A stretch of DNA of 64,000 nt, from NCBI RefSeq assembly GCF_009914755.1, contig NC_060925.1, one strand, 5' to 3'. The DNA comes from the human T2T-CHM13v2.0 reference genome, Homo sapiens. The translations under genes were made by a program, and so were the position numbers. Below the pieces are notes generated by a model. The model saw only the letters and a list, made by a program, of their open reading frames with translations, was not told the DNA's origin and did not search any database. Shown piece after piece: positions 10,272 to 21,659 of this stretch; position 1 is the stretch's first letter, and each line of letters begins with the position of its first letter.

Positions 10272-13200
10272 TTTTAAGCTGCTAGATTTTGAAGTAGTTT
10301 GTTAATATAGCAAAAGATACCGATAAATAGGGATATCGTGAAGTTTAGTAATTACAAATTTAAATTTGTAATTTAGTAGACACTCAATAAATCTTATTAT
10401 TGTTATCTGTTTTATCTCCTCAAGTAGCCTATAAGTTCCTCATGGAAAGGACTATTACACAGCTGAGTGCATCCTACTCTTATTATCAATTTGCCGTACC
10501 TTGCGTGTTGCAAACATATCTTTCAGTCCATTATATTCCATAAATAGCAAGCAGGTGTCATATGCAATCGCTGTGCTCTTTATCACTATTATGTCCTCAC
10601 TCATAATTTGGAGACATTTCCTAAAGATAATTTAACACTATTTGATCAATTGTAAAATTCGTTCTTGCATCTATGTGTTTATGAACTTCTTTTAAAAAGA
10701 AGTCACAGAGGGTTAACGTTTTATAAAGTGGTGGCTGAAGATGTGTAGTGCTACAGTAGCTTAAGGAGTTGAGGATTCTGGCAAGGAAGTAGCCAAATAA
10801 TCACCCAGGAAAAGAAAGAGAACTAAGGGGAGAATTAATAGACTGGAAAGAAATGGAAAGATTAATAAATTGGCGTTCTCTATAAGGTCTAAAGACAACT
10901 GTAGTGTTTATAAAGTGTAAGAAAAGATAAAAGGAGTGAGGTATTGTCAGAATGTAAACTGAGAATTTAAGACTTTGAGGGTGAACTTATTGAATGATGC
11001 CTGGGAATATGTGTTTTTAAAAGATCAAATGATTCTGCTATGCAACAAGTTTGGTAATGAATATTCTACAATATTATGCTCTTTACTGTCATCAAAATTC
11101 ATGAAGACAAAGCAGATGATATCTACTTCTGCAAGGGCTGAAGAACTGATGCCGAGAACTTTACCCGTTACATCATTCAACGTTTCTTACAAAATCTCAT
11201 GTAAAAAGCTTCTTTCCAATGTAGTGACAGAAAAAAAAGACACATTGGTCTTTCCTGAAGGATTGCTATATTTTTTTCTTTATGATGTTGAAGTTTATAA
11301 AATTCACCATTGTTACCTCTTCCTCCTGGCTGCCAAGAAGCCAAGAACTAAGCCCGAAGCTTAGCCATTTCTAGATTGTGTTAAGTACTCTTAAAGCCCC
11401 TTGTGAATACCTCTATATGACCATTTACACATTATATTTAAGTTATTCATTTAATATATTTTTCGTCATTTTACTGTAAGCTCCTAAAAGCAGAAACTGT
11501 ATCTTTTACGTCAGTTCATCTATAGTAACTAGCCTGGTGCCTTGTATGCTGTAGGTTTTAGGAAAATTTTTGCTAAATTATAAACCAAATGGTGGTAATT
11601 ATAAAGCTAATGGTCACTAGTTTTTCTGTTCCCTTCTTTCATGTGTTTTAATTTTATATTTTCACTTATTGATCTTATTGTACATGATTCACTGTTACGT
11701 ATTAGGAGAAAATTCTTTTCTCTCCATTCCTTCTATTTTCTTTCAGGTGGAGATAGCCCTGTTAGTCTTATACTTCTGGCTTCTTTCTGTCAGTTTACTC
11801 AATATATCCTAAGGGAGGGTGAGCGACTTATTTGATTGGTAAATCTGGGGAGAATAAACCAGACATGCTCAGCCCAAATCCTCCATTTTTCTATTTTCAC
11901 CTTTTAGGTCAGTTAGCTCTGGGTTTCTTTGATGAATTCCTTTTTATTCATCTATTCACACAGATCTAGTTTGGCCTCAGAAACCTCAACTCCCTTTGTA
12001 AATACATGTCTCACTTTTTCATTTCCCAGTATTTTAGTTTATCCACTGTTATTTCCAGAACAAGAAGATGTTTGCTGAATCCCCCATTTTCTCTTCACCT
12101 ACAAAATGTCCTTCAATTACCTAATCTGCTGCTATAGCTCTTGCACTGTTTTTGAGCCAGACTATTTCCCAATAATAAAACATCACAAATATGCTTCTTC
12201 TATGAATTTTTTGTTTTGGATTTGTGGTAATTTTTCCTGCTTTCTCCATACAAGCAGAACTTGCATCTCTAAATTGATAGTAGCCTACATTCCTTCTAAA
12301 TTGCTCATTAATTTATCGTTGGAATAAATAAAATATATTTTATTTCAAAGGATGAAGCCACACTGGATCTCCAATATTCATAAGCATAATTGGCAGTTGT
12401 TACAATGTAGAGCCTCAAAGATAATGTAAAATTAGACAAGACATGCAACTCTAGACTAGCCTTGGCTTGGTTCCAAGTGAGGGTCAATATTTATTATCTG
12501 AAGGCCTAAAATATCTCAGAATGGTATACAAACCTAGTTTACAAGCATGTTACATGGTATGAAACTAATCATTCTTCCAATGTTTGAATGTAGTGTGCAA
12601 AAGACCTATTAAATAAAAGGCAGCAAGAAAAATAAATGAAAATAGTCCGAATCAAAGATTTCATGATCCCAGACTCAACACAATGGTCTTTTGGGAGTCG
12701 TTTAAACAGTATTTTCCTTTATATTAATAGCTCAACTTCTTAAACAATTAGTCAGCAGATAGGGGCCAAAACATATTGCCTCCCTTCTTTACTTTGATAA
12801 GACTAAGTTAGAGAATGTAGTTTATACATGGGAAGTAAACCTCCAATATTGATCCAGATTACATAGATTAACCCAGCTAGTTACAGTCATAGCCAAAAGT
12901 CTACAAGTCTTCTCTAATGGGACTGTCTCTCATTAAAATATGGCATATCAGAGCAGGGGAGAATGTATGCCTTCTGGAAGTTATGTGCCCCACGAAGAAA
13001 AATGGAGGAGCTGCACTGAGCATGACTAGTTCATGCTTCCAAATTTACCTATTATAAATGCATATGTGTCATTCTATTTTCTCTGCACTGGAGTTTGTAG
13101 AGAGAGAGAGTTCAAAAGCATTAGAGGAACTGAGTCCACGTTACTGAGGTCAGTCAATAAGCTTCATACAATAAATTTGAATGAATAAAAGGAAGAACAA

Positions 13201-13499
13201 GATAATTGAGAAGATCTCACTGGAAAAATGTATATTCAGATAGAAAAATCGTTGTAGAATTGCTAGGTATCACCCTTAAAATAGTGTTTTAAGCACCAAA
13301 ATTTTTAAAAAGTATTATCTTTAGGGGTTGTGGCTAAATTTACTTTTCAACACCTCTACTAAGCTCTAGGCCTGCCTGAGAGTAGCTGAACAGTAGCAGT
13401 ATGGTCAATATGCACCCACACCAAGCAGTGCTCACATGATTATAAATTTAGAATTGTGCAATGAAGTACCACGGTATTACAAGAATAATGACAATAGGG

Positions 13500-13720
13500 G
13501 CTCACATTTAAGAGCCCCCTTCCTGTGTGCCACAAATGTGCTAAGTGATTACATATTACCATGTTTGATCTTCAAAATAATTCTATGAGTTAGATATCAA
13601 TATTCCTATCTATAATCAGGGAAAACAACGCTAAGCAACATACCACAGCTCATAAAGCTGAAAGCAGCAAAGTCGGTATTTGACCCCAGATTGACTGACT
13701 ATGAACCCTGTGTTCTTTTG
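13500..13720 (-). mobile_element. MIR SINE fragment
   Basis: tgtgtgccacaaatgtgctaagtg...tttgatcttcaaaataattctatgag...ggtatttgaccccagattgactgact. Confidence 0.65.
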
Positions 13721-16003
13721 CATATGCCAAAGTAAACACATCTGTAAATATTATGGGACTGGATTACGAGAACTCTAGGACCTTCTGACTTTCTATGTTT
13801 CTGTGGCCCGACAGTGTGAAAAGCTCCTGCTAGTTAAACGCTACCCCAGATCATCGTTTTTCTTCTTTCCTCTTTTCATTCTTTTCTGTTTCTCTTCTGT
13901 TTGAGAGTTCCAGTGGGCTAATTGGAAAGATCTTGCATAAATACAGTAAAAGTCATTATGAGGTTATCCAAAGGACAAAATGGGGAGGGAAGGTATGGTA
14001 CAAGTGGAAAATTGTTGTAAGTTTGAATTACAACGTGGTTGGATCTGCTCAGGGCTTAGCAGAGGAAGACATTATATTGCTAGGACATTGCTAGGTTTTA
14101 CTTTAAGTTTACTTTAAATTCTAAGATACAAAGAAGGCTTTAACTTAAAAATGGAAGATAAATATTTCACAAATATGTTCTTATATCTCATAATTTGAAA
14201 GATTAATCTCTGAAGAAACTATGGAGAATACTGATCATCATCATCGTAAGAAATATTCCTGGCAATTCTTAAAACACAGTTGTATTCCCCCAGTTTAAGT
14301 AGTATTATGCTGGAAAGAGGAGCTGGACTTTCAACGTAAATATTTGTATTTTACTGTGTAAAATAGGATATATTGGTTGGTCTCTCTGAGCATCAACTTC
14401 TTCATCTATTCAAAAGTCCAAAATCAAATCCATTTTACAAATATTGTGAGTGAGCAAGAAATAATAATGCAGATTTAAGTGCCTAGCTCAAGGATGGACC
14501 TCTAGCAGATATTAACAACCGATGGATTATATTTAAATCAATAGAGATATATTATTACATTTTCTTCAAAATCCCAGATAACTTTCTTGACAATTGTCAT
14601 AACCTTGTAAAAGGCTTAAGATGATTTCTATTTATTCAATTATGCATTTACCAACTGTTTTAGGGTGCCTACAGTTTGCCAGGTGCTGTGTTAGGCTCTA
14701 CAGAGGTAGAAATTAAAGGAATGTTTTCAGTTTGCTTATGATCAAGTAGGGAAGAGACAAGAAAATAGATAATTACAAACATCATCATGAAACATTGTAG
14801 GGTAGATGAAATGTCCCATAAATGACTCCTAACTGTAAAATAAAAATAATCCTATATCTAACCAGATTGGTCCATGGAGTTCTTTCGCAACTCGTTAACT
14901 TTCTACTTCTCAACAAATCACTTTGCTCTGATATGTGGCTCTGATTCTTATAAATTGAAGATATTTGTAGTATTGAAATGCACACTGGACTTGGGAACAA
15001 AATAACTAAATTTCAGATCTGGGTTTGTCATTTAGCCATTGCCTGATTGGGCAAGTCAAGATACATATATGAATGTTAGTTCTCCCCTCTGTGTATGTGT
15101 TTATCCCTGTGTGTATACGAATTAAACAACAGAATTTTTCATTTTTATGTAACATTGCAAAATAATCAAATGGTTTAGCAATTGTAAAAAGAGCAAGAAA
15201 AATCTAGATTTTTCCACACATAGCAACTAAACTAAATGATCACTGAAAGTCACAAGTTGAATATATGCAGCATTATTTAATGCCAAATGAGGGCCTGCCT
15301 CTGCCTCCTGCATCCAGTGAGGTTTCAGGAAGGGAGGGCTAATACGAGGTATGTATATTGACACCCCTACAGTTTGCATAGCTCTCTGACCATACATCCC
15401 TCCCCTACTGAGTTCAAATAAAGTTTCAAAATCATTTTCTCAATGTTTTTGCTCTAGGTAGTCACTACCAATCTATCAGAGTTGGCTCTCAAGTTGAAAC
15501 TTACTTGTCATTCCAGATTCATAATCAGACTGTGACAAAGAGTCTCTCTGGCATGGCTTCTGATGTCTTTTTTAAATTAATTAATGCTTGGAATGTTGAA
15601 GTCAGCTAGAGGAAATATCAAGAACAGGAAGATTTCACACATTCATTCCAAAAACTTTCAGAAATTCATATAATTAAATGCATACGATGACCAAAGCACT
15701 TGGTGTCTACGAGTTTCCTTGTAGCTACTGAGCTGCATCTACAAGCTTCCTCAGTTCTCTGTGAGTTTTCATGACAACTCCTGCTATCTATAGCTATCTG
15801 CATCTGTCTTTCTAATATATAGGGGGGAAAGTCACTCTTAATAGCTTAGTCTTTGAGACTACATTTTGTATATCGTAAATTTTGTATATTGACTTTATGT
15901 TACATATGTTTAGGCTCGTTAACATTTATTTTTAGGCATTTCATATTGTTGATGTTATTGTAATTGTATCATTTTTATTTTAATTTTCATTATTTGTGGC
16001 TAG

Positions 16004-16406
16004 TGCATTAGTCAGTTTGGGCTATCATAATAAGATACCATACACTACGTGGCTTAAATAATGGAAATTTATTTACTCACAGTTCTGGAAGGTAGAAGTC
16101 CAAAATCAAGGTGCTAGCAGGATTAGTGTCTGGTGAGGCTTTTTTTTTTCCTGGCTTAAAGATGGCCACCTTCTCACTGTGTCCTCATGTGGCCTTTCCT
16201 CAGTGTACTCATGAGGGGGAGGGGAAGAGATATCCCTCCGGTATCTCTTCCTCTTCTTATAAGGACACCTGTTCTATTGGAGTAAGGCCAATTATGACCT
16301 CACTTAAACTTTATTACCCCAAGCACCCCTTTCTCCAAATACAGCCACATTGAAGGCCAGGGTTTCAACATATGAGTTTTAAGGGGACGGAATTCAATCC
16401 ATAACA
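16004..16406 (-). mobile_element. MaLR solo LTR (MLT1A/B-type)
   Basis: atttactcacagttctggaaggtagaagtccaaaatcaaggtg...aattcaatccataaca; near-TSD gctag/gctgg. Confidence 0.85.
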
Positions 16407-16440
16407 GCTGGTATACAAAAATAAAATTACTTCTTATATG

Positions 16441-17097
16441 CAGTAGTTCTCCTTTCCTCATAGGTTTGCTTTCCTCAGTTTCAGTTAGCTGTGGTCAACC
16501 TTGGTCTGAAAATAGGTGCATATAGTAACAATAGGATAGTTAGAGAGAGAGAGGGTCACATTCACACGACTTTTATTACAGTATATTACAATATATTGGC
16601 ATAATTGTTCTATTTTATTATTAATTATTGCTGTTAATCTTTTACTCTGCACAATTCACTAAATTTCATCGTATGTATGTTTAGGAAAATATATTAGGCA
16701 GGGCACGGTGGCTCAAGCCTGTGATCCCAGCACTTTAGGAGGCCGAGATAGGTGGATCACCTGAGGTCAGGAGTTCGAGACCAGCCTGGCCAACATGACG
16801 AAACCACGTCTCTACTAAAAATACAAAAATTAGCCTGGCATGGTGGCAGGTGCCTGTAATCCCAGCTACTCAGGAGGCTGAGGCTGGAGAATCACTTGAA
16901 TCCAGGAGGAGGAGTTTGGAATAAGCCAAGATCACACCACTGCACTCCAGCCTAGGAGACAGAGCGAAACTCCGTCTCAAAAAAAAAAAAAAAAAAGGAA
17001 AAATATGTTGTATATTTAGGGTTTGGTACTATTCATGATTGTAGGCATCCACTTGGGGTTTTGAAACTTATCCCCTGCAAATAGGAGGAAACTATTG
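16441..17097 (+). mobile_element. MER44A (Tigger7-derived) DNA transposon, split by an AluS
   Basis: cagtagttctcc...tttcagttagctgtggtcaaccttggtctgaaaataggtg...cacattcacacgacttttattacagtatatt; right end aggcatccacttggggttttgaaacttatcccctgc...actattg. Confidence 0.8.
16697..16996 (+). mobile_element. AluS (Sx-like), full length
   Basis: Dimeric Alu with ggatcacctgaggtcaggagttcgagaccagcctggccaacatg, poly(A) tail and degenerate TSD aggaaaatatatt/aggaaaaatatgtt. Confidence 0.93.
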
Positions 17098-17183
17098 TTT
17101 CTGACTTGATATGAAGCCTTGCTAAACACGCATATTAGTTTTAGTAGCATTTTTGTAGATTACTTAGAATTTTTTACTTAGAC

Positions 17184-18264
17184 CACTTTTTGATGGGGTT
17201 GTTTGTTTTTTTCTTGTAAATTTGTTTGAGTTCATTGTAGATTCTGGATATTAGCCCTTTGTCAGATGAGTAGGTTGCGAAAATTTTCTCCCATGTTGTA
17301 GGTTGCCTGTTCACTCTGATGGTAGTTTCTTTCGCTGTGCAGAAGCTCTTGAGTTTAATTAGATCCCATTTGTCAATTTTGGCTTTTGTTGCCATTGCTT
17401 TTGGTGTTTTGGACATGAAGTCCTTGCCCACGCAGACACTTCTCAAAAGAAGACATTTATGCAGCCAAAAAACACATGAAGAAATGCTCATCATCACTGG
17501 CCATCAGAGAAATGCAAATCAAAACCACTATGAGATATCATCTCACACCAGTTAGAATGGCAATCATTAAAAAGTCAGGAAACAACAGGTGCTGGAGAGG
17601 ATGTGGAGAAATAGGAACACTTTTACACTGTTGGTGGGACTGTAAACTAGTTCAACCATTGTGGAAGTCAGTGTGGCGATTCCTCAGGGATCTAGAACTA
17701 GAAATACCATTTGACCCAGCCATCCCATTACTGGGTATATACCCAAAGGACTATAAATCATGCTGCTATAAAGACACATGCACACGTATGTTTATTGCGG
17801 CACTATTCATAATAGCAAAGACTTGGAACCAACCCAAATGTCCAACAATGATAGACTGGATTAAGAAAATGTGGCACATATACACCATGGAATACTATGC
17901 AGCCATAAAAAATGATGAGTTCATGTCCTTTGTAGGGACATGGATGAAATTGGAAACCATCATTCTCAGTAAACTATCGCAAGAACAAAAAACCAAACAC
18001 CGCATATTCTCACTCATAGGTGGGAATTGAACAATGAGATCACATGGACACAGGAAGGGGAATATCACACTCTGGGGACTGTGGTGGGGTCGGGGGAGGG
18101 GGGAGGGATAGCATTGGGAGATATACCTAATGCTAGATGACACGTTAGTGGGTGCAGCGCACCAGCGTGGCACATGTATACATATGTAACTAACCTGCAC
18201 AATGTGCACATGTACCCTAAAACTTAGAGTATAATAAAAAAAAAAAATTTAAAAAAAAAAAAAA
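17184..18264 (+). mobile_element. L1HS pre-Ta, 5'-truncated with 5' inversion (inverted 17184-17432, sense 17433-18264)
   Basis: 3'UTR gatgacACGttagtggg (pre-Ta ACG) and cttaGagtata; uninterrupted ORF2 fragments on both strands (ORFs 17174..17497 - and 17476..18030 +); TSD AGAATTTTTTACTTAGAC at 17166-17183 and 18265-18282. Confidence 0.96.
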
Positions 18265-18825
18265 AGAATTTTTTACTTAGACAACCAGGCTGTCTGCAAA
18301 TAGAGTTTTGCTTCTTTCTCTTCAATCTGAATGGGTTTCATTTCTTGTCCGACCTTCTTGCATTGGCTAATACCTTCATAGGACATTGAAGTGGTGAGAT
18401 TGGACAGCCTTACACTTGAGCTTAAGAAAAAAGGCTTCAGTTTTTCCCCACCAATTGTGATGTTAGCAGAAGGTTTTTCAAGATGCCCTTAATCAGGTTG
18501 AAGTTGAGGAAAATCCCATTGATTATTAGTATGCCAGGAATTGTTAATAAGCTCCTTGAAGACACTTTGTCTCTTTCTCTTCATAATAATTGCACCAAGC
18601 AATCTCTTGCACATAGTAGGCATTCAATAAATAATTATGAATTATATTGAGAGGAAATTGATGAAATTTCATCAATTCTTTTGAAGAATCTAAAAGGGAA
18701 ATATATTTTTGAAAAAACAAAGTCTGGACACATGACTCAACACATAGTCATTTTTTGCCTCATGATGAAAAGAATGCTTTATTTCTGTAATTTTTATTTG
18801 GTGCAGAGCTAGATATACAAGATTT

Positions 18826-18863
18826 GTGTGTGTATGTGTGTGTGTGTGAGAGAGAGAGAGAGA
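18826..18863. repeat. Compound (TG)n(AG)n microsatellite
   Basis: Direct reading. Confidence 0.9.
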
Positions 18864-20794
18864 TTGTCTTGTAAATGTAATTGCACTAAATGAATTGCAT
18901 AAAGACTATTGCATTCTAGAAATGCAAAATAATATCAACAGACTGAATGAAACAATGGTATCAAAGACCACAATATATAACTTACCTATTTATAATCCAG
19001 TCCATCATATAATAATAACCTACATATAACCATCCGTATTTAATCTGGTCCTTTTAGAATTTTGAAATGCTCTCTAGAATTGCCTTTTTTTCTACTTCAA
19101 TGAGAAATATGTGTGATTTGTTCAGCTGCTGTCTCTCTGCCATCCCCACCCCCAGCACTGTGCAACACAGCCCCTTCTCTCAGCTGGCAAGCACAGGCCC
19201 CAGATGCCAAGCTGTGGAAGATATTTATCTGCTGCATCTGGTTCCTTAGCAGATTCGACAGGCCTCTGTGCTGGCAGCTTCAGAAATGCCTTTGGGCTTG
19301 TCACATGTTGAAAACTCCCAACTGGCTGTCTGAATTGGCAACCATGCTTTGGCTCACTGGAGAGAAGAGAGAAATGGTGCTTTTTGTCCATCTACTGATA
19401 ACCTCTCATGTAAGTGATCGTTGGCTTCTGATCTGAAAAAGTATGTTCCCAAAGGGCAGTGCAGACTTTGGGGCTTAATTTCATCCTCCTGATACAAACT
19501 CACAAGTAGTATATGACTGAGTTTTGTTTCCTTGGCCAGAGAGGAAATCCCTAGCAATTTGGACCTCAGCATGTCTATCCTGAAATTAAATTCAGAAAGC
19601 GTCAGCATTTTAGAATTGGCATTTTAAAATTAAGAGTCAGCTAATCCATCCCCTTTATTTATCTGATGAAGAAACTCAGGCTCTGAAAGGCGAAGGGATT
19701 TGGCCAGGGTACACAGCAAGCAGGACAAAGGACGAGATTCACCCTGGGTGAATACTGGGAGTGGGGAAATACGAAAGCAAAAAGGAGCAGGTATTTCTGT
19801 TTGGAGAAGCTGTGGAGAAGGAACCCTTTGGAGACTGCATGGCAGGCTGTAGCAGAGCAGCGAGCCTGCAGACAGGGACACTTATGCCCTAAGGCTGATG
19901 CTGCCACATCCAAGCTAAGTGACCTTATGTAAGTGACCTAACCTCTAGGCCTGAGTTCCAACACCTGAAAACAAGAAGGAGTTAACCATAGTTCCTAATT
20001 TATTTGATTGTTGTGAGGATGAAATTAGATCACGCATAATGTACCTTACAAGGCTATGCTCATTTTTTTCAGTAAATGTTTATTGAGAGCTTACCATGTG
20101 GTAGACATTATTCAAAAGACTTGATAAATAATGATTCTCAATCATTTGGGACATGAAATCAGTAAATGAGGGCAGACCTGTAAAACCAGGACAAGAGAGT
20201 GAATTTCCGGAGTGGTTTCCTGTCGAGAGGCACGCAGACAGCGAGTGTGTTCTTACACATACACACAATGCATCTACGGCCGCAGCATTTGTTCTAATTC
20301 CCTGAGCTGCAGTGAGCTCTGGATTCCAGCAGGGGACATCCATAGCCCAGACAAGGGAAACTGGGGCCAGCTCAGCCTTAGAGGTGATGAATGAAAATGA
20401 TAAATCACTCAGACATGAGCCTGAGACTGGCCTGTTCTGATACTCATTCCATAAAGACGAAAGTTCTGGAAGGGATGACCCTCACAGGCTTCGTTAGCTC
20501 TGAGTTTGTAGAATGTCAATGAATTTCAAGTTCTCTTAATCCTGAATTTGCAAGCTGAGGTCCCGTGGAGTTTTGTCCATGTTAAAGGGACATAATTCCT
20601 TTCTCCCCAGGGCAGATCAAAGGAACCAGGTTTTGATGACTCACAGCTCACACAAGGTCATCCTGGGAAAACAGATCCTGAGAAGTACTGCAGAGCTTGT
20701 GAAGTACTGCACTGGCTGGTGTCTGGATTCTAGAGTTTATGATCTGCTCCAAAGCCAGAGAGGTGATGACTAGAAGGTAGATATGAATTGGGGA

Positions 20795-21600
20795 CAGTGG
20801 TGTGCTGATAAATATTTAACAACCAGCTCCCTGGGGGAAAAATATGTGCATATGTACATGTACATAAGTTTATTATACATTTCACTCATATACAGGACAA
20901 GTAGCACACAATTTACATGTTATATATATAAAATATACAATAATCTTTATTATAAATTCCATATAGCTAATTGATTCTCATAGAATACATTAGTTAATTT
21001 CTGTTGAACTCTTGTATTCATGGCCAAGCTATTATTGCAATCCAACCATTATTTGACAATATCAGCCTGCAAATAAACGTTTAAATACTGTCTGGTTCAG
21101 CAAAAATGTCTCTTACTTCACTGATCAACAAGTGTGATTGTGAAATGAATGGTGCTTGATATTTTCATTTATGTTAACTGGGAGCAAAAAAGTGAATGGA
21201 CAAAGGCATATATTAAAACTTCACTTGTTTGTTAATGGTATTAGCCGAATCTTTGTTAAATTCACTAATAGTGTTAAATCCACTAATACTGAAAAATATT
21301 TCCTGTTATTTATGTTGTTTATGACTCAATAGTCACAGACAGAATACAGCATTATTAACCTATCAAGTCTAGCGAAATCATCAAAACAATACATCAAGCC
21401 CTGACTTACAGCATTTGCCAATTTTCATGGTATAAATATTTCCACCATGGTTGATTTCAAAATCAAGGTAATGTCATTGAACACGAAATTGAAAAGAGAT
21501 TCATAGTAGTATATCATTACATAACGTTTCTACCATATGCTTAAAATAGACATAACCTCAAAAACTTAATAAAATATAGTAAATTAATTATGAAGTTATG
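20795..21600. mobile_element. hAT DNA transposon remnant (MER63/Blackjack-like)
   Basis: Terminal cagtggtgtgctgataaatatttaacaaccagctcc; internal tttgccaattttcatggtataaatatttccaccatggttgatttcaa. Family assignment is from recall. Confidence 0.55.
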
Positions 21601-21607
21601 GATTTTA

Positions 21608-21659
21608 AAATGTTTTCATTGTTACATATTTGTATATACTTATGGGGTACATGTGTAGA
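21608..21659 (-). mobile_element. About 50-bp L1 (L1MA/L1PB-type) extreme 3' end with TSD
   Basis: tgtatatacttatggggtacatgtg flanked by aagttatggatttta (21593-21607) and aagtgatggatttta (21660-21674). Confidence 0.6.

Larger units (their letters stand above)
9081..10328 (+). mobile_element. Old MaLR LTR (MLT1H/G-like) interrupted by an AT-rich minisatellite and MER5A
   Basis: ctttgcactgtgactttgtagctc...ttgctttagccaacagaatatgacagatgtga at the start; LTR 3' end ttttaagctgctagattttgaagtagtttgttaatatagcaaaagata resumes at about 10272. Confidence 0.65.
15860..18550 (-). mobile_element. Ancient L1M ORF2 fragment hosting four younger insertions
   Basis: Degenerate L1 antisense segments continue across the inserts: aggcatttcatattgttgatgttattgtaa; ttttagtagcatttttgtagattacttaga; tgtctgcaaatagagttttgcttctt; gatgcccttaatcaggttgaag. 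Confidence 0.7.

Noticed and set aside
10975-11364. 129-aa ORF
   Set aside because: TTG start, no recognisable domain, no exon structure.
14073-14118. Short tandem duplications (also near 39213, 52362 and 58450)
   Set aside because: Ordinary 10-15 bp slippage duplications.
6043-17432. One L1 split by a 10-kb insertion
   Set aside because: The two pieces differ in subfamily diagnostics, and the right piece lies inside the L1HS TSD.
20323-20341. CTCF-like ccagcaggggaca
   Set aside because: Mismatch at a conserved core position; cannot be supported without data.
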